Below, in pieces: positions 1 through 14,709 of a stretch of 64,000 bases of DNA. The stretch is from Tubiluchus corallicola (lineage: Eukaryota; Animalia; Priapulida). The stretch spans positions 26,710 to 90,709 of the forward strand of contig JAQGDQ010000831.1 of NCBI GenBank assembly GCA_030141605.1, given 5' to 3'. The position numbers were made by a program, and so were the translations under genes. Within the stretch, counting starts at the first letter, position 1, and every line of letters starts with the position of its first letter. A model generated the notes under the pieces. That model ran no database searches. It was not told the origin of the DNA and worked only from the letters and a program-made list of their open reading frames with translations.

Positions 1-371
1 CATTGATAAATCTTTAGAGCTGATGTCAACATAGCGCAATCTATTATCTTTCTTCCTACAATTTCCACTAACGCATCCTCCCACTCTTCCTGTGTGATCT
101 AACCTTTCTCCCAGTTCTTTTTTTGTTCACTCATCCATTCTTTTTTTATCGGGTTCACATGACAGTGGGCTTATACAAGCCTTTGCTTCTCTAGCCCACT
201 GCAGTACAATTAATCTTTTATGATAACGATAGTGTATGAAACATGACAATTTAATACAGTATGACGTAATAATTTTGATATCACTGTGTGCTTAATGTCA
301 TTATATTGTACTGAATGTGATAATAGTAAACTAACAAAAACTAAAAACTATATTAATAAATGAAGGCATAC

Positions 372-541
372 TTGTGTGTCTGTAATGCCTAATTTTTCGG
401 CAAATTCGGCTCTCTCCACAGCAGAGACGTATTTCTGAACTCGGAACCTCTTCTCCAACTCGTAAATCTGATCGTTAGAGAAGGCTGTGCGTGGCTTCTT
501 TCGCTTGGTAGAGGATGGCGTGCTGTCGGGCTTCTTCTCAT
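372..541 (-). CDS. NK-like homeobox gene, coding exon 2 (homeodomain residues 1-44; Tlx/Lbx/BarH-related)
   Basis: Manual translation: (D)EKKPDSTPSSTKRKKPRTAFSNDQIYELEKRFRVQKYVSAVERAEFAEKLGITDTQ. Acceptor TTTAAG|AT, donor CAA|GTATGC at homeodomain position 44/45, a typical NKL intron site. The helix-3 exon is not within 1-371. Not in the ORF track. Confidence 0.92.
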
Positions 542-590
542 CTTAAATAAAGTTCCTTTGTTAAAAACAGGAAAAATTGGGGGCAAAAAT

Positions 591-1345
<755 letters not shown>

Positions 1346-1889
1346 AGTAAAAATTAAAATTAGTACTTTACGAGAGACTCGAATTTAAATGCCACATAAG
1401 TCGGTCGGTCGATCGGTGAGTCAACCAGTCAGGAGACAGTCAGTCAGCAAATGAACGGATGTAGTTAATTTTCTAAATAAATGATCTCAAATAGTGGAAT
1501 CCACAAATTCTTAATAACAAGGAAATACATCAGTCTGTACAAATATCCGGCAATAGGAGAAACCTTCTGCGCTCTATTTAGAATTTTTTTAACAACAAAA
1601 ACTACACAAAAAAATGAAGATATTTGTATCTACTAATTTGAATGAGTCCAAAGTCTAATCAACTCAATTCTGCAAACGAGGAACTTGGTATCGTAACTAG
1701 TGAACTAAGAATTCGCAAAGCAAAGTAGTTGAAAATACCTCACATCTATAAAATACTGGAAAAGAATATACTGTTTTTTCAAAAGTGACATGTGAAAGAA
1801 TTCTTACCAGTTATTACATGCATTTCACTATTCGCTTTAATAAGATGGGCACTACCGCCTGCGTTTCGAAAACGTGTTAAACAAAAACG

Positions 1890-2190
1890 TGCACTGTACC
1901 CTCCTAGTTTAGATGTGTTCAGTTGTGACGTAGCGCATACGTTTTTCTACGACGTTATATATTATTTTTGTTTCTTAACAATAACGTCAAAGATAATAAT
2001 TACAGTGTTAAAGTTCAAAAGTGTTTAACATGCACTGTACCCTCCTATTTTAGATGTGTTCAGTTGTGACGTAGTGCATACGTTTTTCTATGACGTTATA
2101 TATTATTTCTGTTTCTTAACAATAATAATATTGTTTCTTAACAATAATAATATAACAAAGACAACAATTACAGTAATAAAGTTCAAAAGT
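1890..2190. repeat. Tandem duplication of about 140 bp
   Basis: TGCACTGTACCCTCCTA...AAAGTTCAAAAGT occurs at about 1890 and about 2031. Confidence 0.85.
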
Positions 2191-2203
2191 TAGAATGGTG
2201 TAC

Positions 2204-2669
2204 CTGGCGTCTGTGTTACACTCAAACACCCCGAAGAGATGACGTCTCCTCCACTTTCTTTTTCATCAGAAGCTTGGCTGCTGACAACGGAAGGCACCTC
2301 CTCAAGTTGCGTGAAGTCTCTAGGTTCATAACCAAACAGAATGTTCTCCTTATTCGTACCCACCTCTCCCTCTTCCAGAGCTGTAAACTGCTCCTTGGCG
2401 TACACGTACCCCACTTCAGGGACCTTGGATTCGAACCCCATCTTCGTAGGCGGCACCTCTCTGTAGTAATCAGTGGGCGCCGGGTAGTAGAAACTACCCA
2501 TCCCCGTATTTCCCGGAACGTACGACGAAATCACGGACGGCTGTAAGTTCTGGTTTGTCGATCTGTCCATCTTTCGCTCAGTTAGCACCTGTCTGGGAGG
2601 CTGATGATCGCCGCCTATGATGCGCTCAATGGTGAAATACTTGGAATTCCCTGTTTCAGAAACCATCAT
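2204..2669 (-). CDS. NK-like (NKL) homeobox gene, coding exon 1 (contains eh1 motif)
   Basis: ATG at 2669 gives MMVSETGNSKYFTIERIIG..., where FTIERII is an eh1/Groucho-binding motif. The exon ends at CCAG|GTACAC, a phase-1 donor that joins the homeobox exon in frame. Confidence 0.8.
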
Positions 2670-3354
2670 AGAAATGACTAATTTCACACAACTTACTATC
2701 TTTTTTACTCTCACTACGTCACAAACTACGAAAACAAATTATCAACAGACAGGTATGTACTTAGAAGATGAGGAACTTTCAGTTTCCTTGACTACTCTCA
2801 GTCACAAACTACAAAGACAAATTATCAACAGCAGGTATGTTCTTAGAAGATGAGGAAAGATGAGAAACTTAGAAGTTTCAGCTTCATTGACTATTCTCCC
2901 ACTTACCTGTCCAACTGGAACAGACGCAAAGCGGTAATTCGTCCAATCACGGACAACAAAGAAGCAGATTAAACGCAATACGACACTAATGAGAGGAGGT
3001 ATTAATGATTGCAAACTTTGATTACGAACTGATCATTGGCAATCAATATCGAACTCTAATGGCGGCCCATACAAGTTTGAACAGCGGGCACTAATACTAA
3101 AGTGTACAGTCAGAATATGAACTATCACATCTGCTGTATCAGCCGATGGGCTTTGACAATAGCTCCATTGACCGAAGCCAAGTGGACGTTAGCAGCCTGT
3201 ACACAAGAGTATCACGAACTGTACACAATTCGGCGGCCGCCCTGTAGCGGTGAGTCGTTTGGTCGGCCGCACCCCCCCGGGGTTGGGAGAAGCACAGAGT
3301 CGGTTTAAGAGTCGGTTCCGGGTAGGTTAATCCCTAGGCAGACTTGATCTTTGG

Positions 3355-3777
3355 CAGGGGCGGAACTAGATGTGGTAAGCAGGGGGCGCAAAAATTTTCT
3401 GGGGGGGGGCGAGGTATCCGAAGTGGTTAAATAATGGTTAAGCCAATTTTAACCCCTTTTATACTGCATGCAGGCCTATAATTAGCAGACAGAGCAATAA
3501 TGAGAAAATTAACTCTCAGTTAACCTAACGTTATTAATGTGCCTCTAACTAAATTGTTATTTACAGAAATTTATCACGCACAAGTTTTAAGAAAATAATA
3601 CACTGAAGCTACCAAACATTTTTTTACCTAATTCTAATTCATGTTGAAAATAATTACATGCGAACTGCAATTTTCACTGCAAAAAAAATTATTTGTCCGA
3701 TTTTGCAGGGGGGCGCAAATTTTGACAAAGGGGGGGCGCTCGCCCCACCCCCTCGCTCCCCCCTAGTTCCGCCCCTG
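3355..3777. mobile_element. hAT-type MITE
   Basis: Terminal inverted repeats (TIRs) CAGGGGCGGAACTAG/CTAGTTCCGCCCCTG; 8-bp TSD ATCTTTGG/ATCTTTGC. Confidence 0.88.
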
Positions 3778-4005
3778 ATCTTTGCGAGTTCCCGGTCGGG
3801 CGCATTGTCATTTTCTTGGTAATCTGACTGCGCAGCATTTTTTTGTCGCCATTAATGGGTGGTGATGAGACGGTGGTAGTTTGGGTTTGTTTAACGTTTT
3901 ACTCGTAATTTCGTTTATTCTCAGAAAGATTGGTCGCCTCTGCAAAGCTTTGGGTGTCGGCGTATGTGTAATAAAGGATGTGAAATGTAAAGGATCCGAT
4001 GAGTG

Positions 4006-4565
4006 CACATAACATGATCATTACTGTCCAAAAACAGCTCAAGGGTTATTTACAAATTCACGATAAACACTTTTGATCACATAACATGATCATTACTGTC
4101 CAAAAATAGCTAAAGAATTATTTACAAATTCACGATAAACACTTTTGATCACATAACATGATCATTACTGTCCAAAAATCGCTAAAGAGTTATTTACAAA
4201 TTCACGATAAACATTTTTGATCACATAACATGATCATTACTGTCCAAAAATCGCTAAAGAATTATTTACAAATTCACGATAAACACTTACGATCACATAA
4301 CATGATCATTACTGTCCAAAAATAGCTAAAGAATTATTTACAAATTCACGATAAACACTTACGATCACATAACATGATCATTACTGTCCAAAAATAGCTA
4401 AAGCATTATTTACAAATTCACAATAAACATTTTTGATCACATAACATGATCATTACTGTCCAAAAATATCTAAAGAATTATTTACAAATTCAGGATAAAC
4501 ACTTTTGATCACATAACATGATCATTACTGTCCAAAAACAGCTAAAGAGTTATTTACAAATTCAC
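4006..4565. repeat. 72-bp tandem repeat (about 8 copies) derived from the 3' end of the adjacent LINE
   Basis: The unit CACATAACATGATCATTACTGTCCAAAA... recurs at 4006, 4078, 4150 ... 4510. On the minus strand it contains the last codons and stop of the LINE ORF. Confidence 0.95.
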
Positions 4566-4959
4566 AATATGACTTTGGGTTTCCATTGAAAAATTCATGC
4601 AGATCGTTGAAGTTGAGTTCATTGTTATCTTCACGAAGGTGATTAGTAAGTGGACAAAAACAGATAACATGCTCTTCTGTTTGAATGTTTAAGCCAGAAC
4701 AGGAGCATAGCCTGTCTTCTCTTTTCATCCTTGCCCATCTTTCAGTCTCAATAGCTAGGTTATGTGAGGAGAGGCGTAACCGAGATGTTTTAATCCTATG
4801 GAGCTCATTTACTTTAACGCTATACATTGCACTGACAGATAGTTCGGGATTCAGATAGAGACAGGTGCACAGTTTAGTTCTTTCGGAATCCCTGATATGT
4901 TGTTTTGTGTTCTCGAGGTCGTCAGGGATAATATCCGTTTTACGAAGGATAGCTTTCAC
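4525..4959 (-). mobile_element. 5'-truncated non-LTR retrotransposon, ORF2 C-terminus
   Basis: RLRLSSHNLAIETERW...LCSC...EEHVICFCP is a C-terminal cysteine/histidine knuckle typical of LINE ORF2. Confidence 0.8.
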
Positions 4960-5109
4960 ATATTGTATAGTTAAGTGAATTCACTACATTAAAGTGAATA
5001 GGGTATTCTTACTCTTCATATACTACACTTAGTACTACATTTTCCACTACATTTAGAAATAGTAAGCACAAGTTACAATTTGATTCTTGTTATATGACAG
5101 TCATATGCT

Positions 5110-5730
5110 TGTCAAATTCCCCCCTGTTAATATGACCCCATTTGAAACTACTACATATAATATTCTTAATTACTGAATAATTGTATTGTTTTGTTTAGAT
5201 TTAGGTATCTAACTTTATTATTTTTTGTTTACAGTTCTTTTTGGATAATTTGCATCATTTATACTTTTTTATTATTATTATTTTCTTATTTGTTTTTGTT
5301 ATCTGCAGCATCACCGTTAATTTCTAATATACTAATGTATTACTATATGTTAATAAGGCTCCATTTGAAACTACTACATATAATAATCATAATTACTGAA
5401 TAATTGTATTGTTTTGTTTAAATTTAAGTATCTAACTTTATTATTTTTTGTTTACAGTTCTTTTTGGATAATTTGCATCATTTATACTGTTATTTTTTTT
5501 CTTATTTGTTTTTGTTTTTGTTATCTGCAGCATCACCGTTAATTTTTAATATACTAATCTGATAATAATATAATAATATACTGATTTATCTATTTATAAG
5601 AAAGGGCAGGAGACTAGATGACCCTATGGTCCTTCCCTGCCCTGCTCCATGATTATAATTGCTTAATATATAAAAAACATTTGATGTTAAACTAATTGGA
5701 GAAAATAAATGTTCTATGTCTGTGTCTATG
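5110..5730 (+). mobile_element. 3' UTR and tail of a CR1/L2-group LINE, with an internal duplication of about 220 bp
   Basis: Reverse-complement match to 38513-39150; terminal stem-loop GGGCAGG..TAGATGACC..GGTC..CCTGCCC, then AATAAA and a TCTATG-type tail. Confidence 0.7.
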
Positions 5731-5920
5731 CCAGACCAAAATCCCTGTTAACATTTGACTGTGTAAACGTTATGATGCTAACGAAGCACAGGACGAACGT
5801 TATTTTAGCAAAAGATGTACTGCATATAATTTGCGTTGACATCAGTAATTTTCTGAGATTTCTGACTTGTATCCTTCATTTTCCTGCGTGTATCAATTTG
5901 TTTTTATGAATAGCATAGAG

Positions 5921-6420
5921 CAGGGGTGTGCAAATTATCTGACTAGCCGGGCCACATTAAACTTTCCCGTAATTCCTGCGGGCCACAGGCAGTTTGATCA
6001 AGGAACCAAGTACAGAAAGGCCTAATAACGATTTTTTTGCATCCGACCTGCGTACATCATTACTACTACACTCAAGAAACTATTTTAGAAGTTATTAAAA
6101 TTTATATTACAAACCATATATTTCTACTTTCAGGACAGATAGTGGTAATTTCATTACAATGCACATTAGTAATGTGTATCACACAGTCTGTGTAGTACAG
6201 TGACATTAAGCTACAACCGTCTTGTAAGGGTTAATGGCATCCAATCTAGTAGAAAAAACTACCTGCGCTATCTTTGGGATCATGGCACGGACTTCAGCTG
6301 GATACACTCAATTAATCGCCCGGGCCGCACTTTCATTAGGTTGACAAATATCTTCGCGGGCCGCACAAATTCTCTCGGCGGGCCGCAAGTGGTCCTCGGA
6401 CCACAGTTTGCACACCCCTG
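5921..6420 (+). mobile_element. hAT MITE family A, copy 1
   Basis: TIRs CAGGGGTGTGCAAA/TTTGCACACCCCTG; TSD GCATAGAG/GCGTAGAT; five copies in the window. Confidence 0.93.
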
Positions 6421-6537
6421 GCGTAGATGACACAGATATAATCACCGTAGTAACTGACCTCTTTGAATTGACTCATGACGTATTTCTGATTAGAGAAATA
6501 CCCGGTTCATTAGTGAGTCAAAATGAGTGCATCGGAG

Positions 6538-9535
<2,998 letters not shown>

Positions 9536-9554
9536 TACTTCTAATTCACATAGT

Positions 9555-9850
9555 CAAAAATCACGCAAACGTTTCGACAGATTACTGCTGTCATCGTCAC
9601 TGGTAAATTTTACAAACATACAGCCTGTTTATATAGGCAGAACCTATAGAACATTGTGCAACTAATTAAGTCGTTAACAGACGCCAACTAAGTTATATGT
9701 CTCTTCGTCCATGTTGGAACTACCGCTAAAACTAGTCCAACGTTGTGACGCAGCAGATCACGTGGCTTACAACGTTGTGACGCCGCAAATCACGTGCCTT
9801 CTCGACCTGTGACGCAGCAAATCACGTGCCTTCTCGACCTGTGTCGGGTC
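9555..9850 (-). mobile_element. Putative Penelope-like pseudo-LTR remnant with a degenerate hammerhead motif
   Basis: Minus strand reads TATATAAA (about 9628-9635), then GTGACGA-T-GACAG-loop-CTGTC-GAAAC-GTT. Three TGTGACGC..ATCACGTG repeats lie upstream on that strand. Confidence 0.5.
9744..9832. promoter_or_regulatory. Three tandem modules of a TGACG half-CRE plus a CACGTG E-box upstream of the TTLL-like gene
   Basis: TGTGACGCMGCARATCACGTG occurs three times; a putative 5' UTR intron follows at 9887-10002 (GG|GTGAGT ... TCCAG|). Confidence 0.45.
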
Positions 9851-10018
9851 AGCAAATTAACCTGCATATATCTGCAGGACAGCTGGGTGAGTATGGTATG
9901 TAACATAGAGACAGGTTCTTAACTAAATCAACTGTATTTGCTGATACAGTATGCACACCATGTTGTATTTGCTATTATAATGGCAGCTTGATTTAACTCC
10001 AGATCTTCAAGAACACCA

Positions 10019-11620
10019 ATGGCTTTAATTTTTGAATTTATTGTGATTTCTTTAATGCATGTAGTGAAAGTTTTGAGCGACGATCAAGCACTGCTGAACA
10101 ATTCAATGATACGAGAATGTCCGCGGGTGATACCATCGCTGACTCCTAGTCTCTTCCCCAATGTTGCACCTGTAATCAACTTCGGATTACCTGGCCAGAT
10201 CGTCGAAGAGCTTCCAAGTTTACATAAAAGGCTTCTAAAATGGAAGGTCAGTACGCCACAGTCGGAGGAGATAGCCAAAGAATTGATCGCGGAGCATTCC
10301 AACATTCGTTTAACAGATGATGAGACGTGGATTGGATGTTGGTGTCTTCCCATGAGAGTATCTGAGTATAAACAGTTATCACGATACCAGAAAGTTGATC
10401 ACTTTCCAGCTTCGAAGTCACTGTGTACGTGGAAAAATACTTTTTGGAAGCAATTTCTGCGCATGCGTTATTTGCACGGACAAAAGGAGTTCAACTTTGC
10501 ACCTTTGACTTTCATTCTGCCCCAAGAAAAGTGTGAATTTTTAAACTATTCAGCATCAAATCCCAGGAAAAATATGTGGATTACCAAGCCGTTTGATACA
10601 TCCCGTGGTGAGGGGATCAAGATAATCAGCAACAAGTCTAAACTTCCAAGTGGAAATGTGATTATCCAAGAGTATATTTCAAAACCTTACCTGATTGAGG
10701 GACGGAAATTTGACATAAGATTGCACGTATATGTTCCTTCACTAGAACCGTTAAGAATCTACATTCACAGAACAGGAACAGTTCGGTTTGCAACAAATAA
10801 CTACACCTGTGCTTCTGATGATCTTGAAAATAATTTTGTGCATCTGACAAATACTCATATTAATAATAAAAATCCCGATTATCACACAAAAAGATTCACC
10901 AGTTTTGGAGAAGCGCCACACAGATGGTCTTTGTCATCTTTGTGGCATTATTTAGAAAGGAAAGGCATTAAGACGGAGGAAATATGGTGGAAAATCAAAG
11001 ACATGGTGGTGAAACAGTTTATTAGTTGTGAATCTGACTTATATAACGCCTTGAACACTTACGGAAGCAGGCCCTATTCGCACCATGAACTGTACGGATA
11101 TGACATCTTACTGGACAACAAATTAAAGCCATGGTTATTAGAATTCAACACCAGCTCGGGCATTGCAAAGCCAACTTTCGTTACACAGATGATAACGGAC
11201 TATCTTAATACGGCTGGATATCGCGTGCCTAAAAGATCCAAACAGTTTTTCGCAAAACGGAAGAACATTTCTTCATCACAGCATGGATTCACGTTACTGC
11301 GCGATTACGATCTCGCTCCATTCGAGAAAGAAAAACGAAAACATTTTACTACAGAAGCGACTGAAGGCGAAGCAGCAGCAAGTATTCTAGATGACCTGAC
11401 ACCAGGTGACGTGCGTGTGCTAGTAGAAGCAGAAGACGAGTTTCAACGACGTGGTGATTTTGAGCGCATCTTTCCCAGTCCGACATCTCATAAATACTTG
11501 AAATATTTTCATAGGAAAAGTTACGGTAATTTATTGCTGGATGCGTGGACGAAGAAATATCACAGCAATCCTCGGGAAGGTTTAAAGCGTTTGAAAGAGC
11601 TGTGTTCAAAATTCTTGTAA
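10019..11620 (+). CDS. TTLL4: Divergent TTLL4-like tubulin-tyrosine-ligase-family (ATP-grasp) protein, intronless CDS, with a signal-peptide-like N-terminus
   Basis: 533 aa. SLFPNVAP, WIGCW, HFP, WITKP..SRGEG, QEYISKPYLIEGRKFDIR, VRFA, HLTN, ELYGYDILLD..LKPWLLEFN and C-terminal LTPGDVRVLVEAEDEFQRRGDFERIFPS all align by recall with human TTLL4. Probably a paralog or retrocopy rather than the ortholog. Confidence 0.9.
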   Translation: MALIFEFIVISLMHVVKVLSDDQALLNNSMIRECPRVIPSLTPSLFPNVAPVINFGLPGQIVEELPSLHKRLLKWKVSTPQSEEIAKELIAEHSNIRLTDDETWIGCWCLPMRVSEYKQLSRYQKVDHFPASKSLCTWKNTFWKQFLRMRYLHGQKEFNFAPLTFILPQEKCEFLNYSASNPRKNMWITKPFDTSRGEGIKIISNKSKLPSGNVIIQEYISKPYLIEGRKFDIRLHVYVPSLEPLRIYIHRTGTVRFATNNYTCASDDLENNFVHLTNTHINNKNPDYHTKRFTSFGEAPHRWSLSSLWHYLERKGIKTEEIWWKIKDMVVKQFISCESDLYNALNTYGSRPYSHHELYGYDILLDNKLKPWLLEFNTSSGIAKPTFVTQMITDYLNTAGYRVPKRSKQFFAKRKNISSSQHGFTLLRDYDLAPFEKEKRKHFTTEATEGEAAASILDDLTPGDVRVLVEAEDEFQRRGDFERIFPSPTSHKYLKYFHRKSYGNLLLDAWTKKYHSNPREGLKRLKELCSKFL

Positions 11621-12244
11621 TCAAACTGAAACCAAAGTTCTTGTTTCATTTAATAAGGCAACTGTGGTAAAAGTAATACGATTGTAGTCACAGAAAACAC
11701 TGTAAACAGAGGTTAATACCACTGTATGCTTTATTAACATAATTAGTATGTCCAGTATAACATAAATGTCCAACAGCTCCCATAAAGTGGATTAACCTGA
11801 CTGTTCAGAGCACAATTGAGTAATAACAGACAGGTGACTAGCAGGTAACAAACAGAAAAGCTGGTCAAAACCAAAAGCTTTACATTTCCGCCACAGATGG
11901 CGCCTCGTGTATGATAAGTAAGATTAACAAAAAGAAAGCTAAGTCTGCTACACCCGGCTCCTAATGAGCGCTTATAAAGTGGTCATCACAATAATCTGCT
12001 TGTAAGTCACTGTACAATATTACATGAACTCTGAACAGTAACACTTAGATGCTACTTAGTACATTTAAATATTTTTGTCAAAACTGAACAATCATACTTT
12101 GCTAGTTAAAACTATTCCAGTGAAACATTTTGAGTGAAATAATTCCAAACATGAAAGTTACAGATACATACTGTTAGCTAAAGCACTACAAAGCAATGAA
12201 TCAAATAACGAATCGATAATAAGATACGATGTAATAAAACAGAA

Positions 12245-14380
12245 TCTGTTTGTTAATGAAATTAAAATGATCTGCATTATTTAGCTGATACAGTATACTG
12301 ACATTGCCTAAATGCTCAAAGAAACTGCACTTCGCAATTTGGTGATTGAGGAAGAATACCGTCCCACTGCCGCACTGAAGTAAGTAAAATCGTAAATTTA
12401 TCGTTTGCAACAGCCTTATGTCCGCAGTAATGCTGTTATGAATAAATTTCGGAATCATGAATTAAGTGATTAATTAATGGAGTTATCAACTTCATCAGAT
12501 TATGTTGATAAAGAGACCTCCAAATTGGATCAGAGAAATTTATTAAGAAATATGTGAACTCACTTAGCTGGTAAAGCATATATTTATTGTAAGGCAAGGA
12601 ATTATTGTCACGAGAGTTGTGTTTACAAGTAATAGAACAGGTGTTCATTTAGAGAGGGAAAGTTTGTCACAGGTGTTTGAATTTAAGAGAAGCGAAACTG
12701 AATTTTATAACTTGAAGTGGTCAGGAGTATATACCTCCTGTAATGTAACGGAGTCGTAGAGACAATCTTGTGAGAAGGAATTATTGCTCTATAGATTTTA
12801 TCTTAAGCTCTAGTAGCCGGGTTGTGAATAACCTTATAGCAATTAATGTACTAGATGTGAATCCCTCCTTCAGTCTTAAGTCAAGTTTTATACGATCACA
12901 TGCGACAGATAAGAATCAATATTAACTAGGGAGATTAATATTGCATATCAAAAGGGTGACTAAGATAATAAAGTGATAACTGGTACTCGGATCCAGGTTC
13001 ATTAAGAAGGAGATATGTGGTAAAAGTAATACGATTAAGAAGAGTTTGTTAATGAAATTAAAATGATCTGCATTATTTAGCTGATACAGTATACTGACAT
13101 TGCCCATGCGCTTCGCAATTTGGTGATTGAGGAAGGATACCGTCCCACTGCCGCACTGAAGTAAGTAAAATCGTAAATTTATCGTTTGCAACAGCCTTAT
13201 GTCCGCAGTAATGCTGTTATGAATAAATTTCGGAATCATGAATTAAGTGATTAATTAATGGAGTTATCAACTTCATCAGATTATGTTGATAAAGAGACCT
13301 CCAAATTGGATCAGAGAAATTTATTAAGAAATATGTGAACTCACTTAGCTGGTAAAGCATATATTTATTGTAAGGCAAGGAATTATTGTCACGAGAGTTG
13401 TGTTTACAAGTAATAGAACAGGTGTTCATTTAGAGAGGGAAAGTTTGTCACAGGTGTTTGAATTTAAGAGAAGCGAAGCTGAATTTTATAACTTGAAGTG
13501 GTCAGGAGTATATACCTCCTGTAATGTAACGGAGTCGTAGAGACAATCTTGTGAGAAGGAATTATTGCTCTATAGATTTTATCTTAAGCTCTAGTAGCCG
13601 GGTTGTGAATAACCTTATAGCAATTAATGTACTAGATGTGAATCCCTCCTTCAGTCTTAAGTCAAGTTTTATACGATCACATGCGACAGATAAGAATCAA
13701 TATTAACTAGGGAGATTAATATTGCATATCAAAAGGGTGACTAAGATAATAAAGTGATAACTGGTACTCGGATCCAGGTTCATTAAGAAGGAGATATGTG
13801 GTAAAAGTAATACGATTAAGAAGAGTTTGTTAATGAAATTAAAATGATCTGCATTATTTAGCTGATACAGTATACTGACATTGCCCATGCGCTTCGCAAT
13901 TTGGTGATTGAGGAAGGATACCGTCCCACTGCTGCACTGAAGTAAGTAAAATCGTAAATTTATCGTTTGCAACAGCCTTATGTCCGCAGTAATGCTGTTA
14001 TGAATAAATTTCGGAATCATGAATTAAGTGATTAATTAATGAAGTTATCAACTTCATTAGATTATGTTGATACAGAGACCTCCAAATTGGATTAGATAAA
14101 TTTATTAAGAGAATATCAGAACTCACTTAGCTGATAAAGCATATATTTAATGTAAGGCAAGAAATTATTGTCACGAGAGTTGTGTTTACAAGTAATAGAA
14201 CAGGTGTTCAGTCTTAGGTCACGTTTTATACGATCACATGCAAAAGATAAGAATCAATATTAATTAGGGAGATTAATATTGCATAATAAAGAGTGACCAG
14301 GTTTAATGATAACTGGTGAGCCGTGACTAAGATAAGAAAGCGATAACTGGTACTCGAATCCAAGACCATTAAGGAGAAGC
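12245..14380. repeat. 781-bp tandem repeat, about 2.5 copies plus a degenerate tail
   Basis: Near-identical ORF translations are offset by 781 bp (12436/13217 and 12922/13703). Confidence 0.92.
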
Positions 14381-14709
14381 TTATAATGCTAGAGTTGTCC
14401 TAACGAAACCCAATTAGCAAATCCCCAAACGACCTGCCAGGTGTGTCATGAAGACCTCTCAAAGCGCATGTATATTTCGCGGAAAGAAAAACAATTATCC
14501 TTTGCAGCCGATAAAAAAGTAAGTAGCTGAAATACTAGCGTAGTAATAAAAACAAGTCAAATTTTAAGCAAGTTATTGTGATAACAACAAATGGTAGTTG
14601 ACACATATGGCACAAATGATAACAATTTGCACAAGACAACGTATAGACTGATAGAAAAATAATATGGAAAATTAATAGGTTGGAAGCAGCAGCAAATGTC
14701 ATTATACAA

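Noticed and set aside
11888-11906. CTCF-like motif (CCACAGATGGCGC; another near 19390)
   Set aside because: Imperfect short matches with no supporting evidence.
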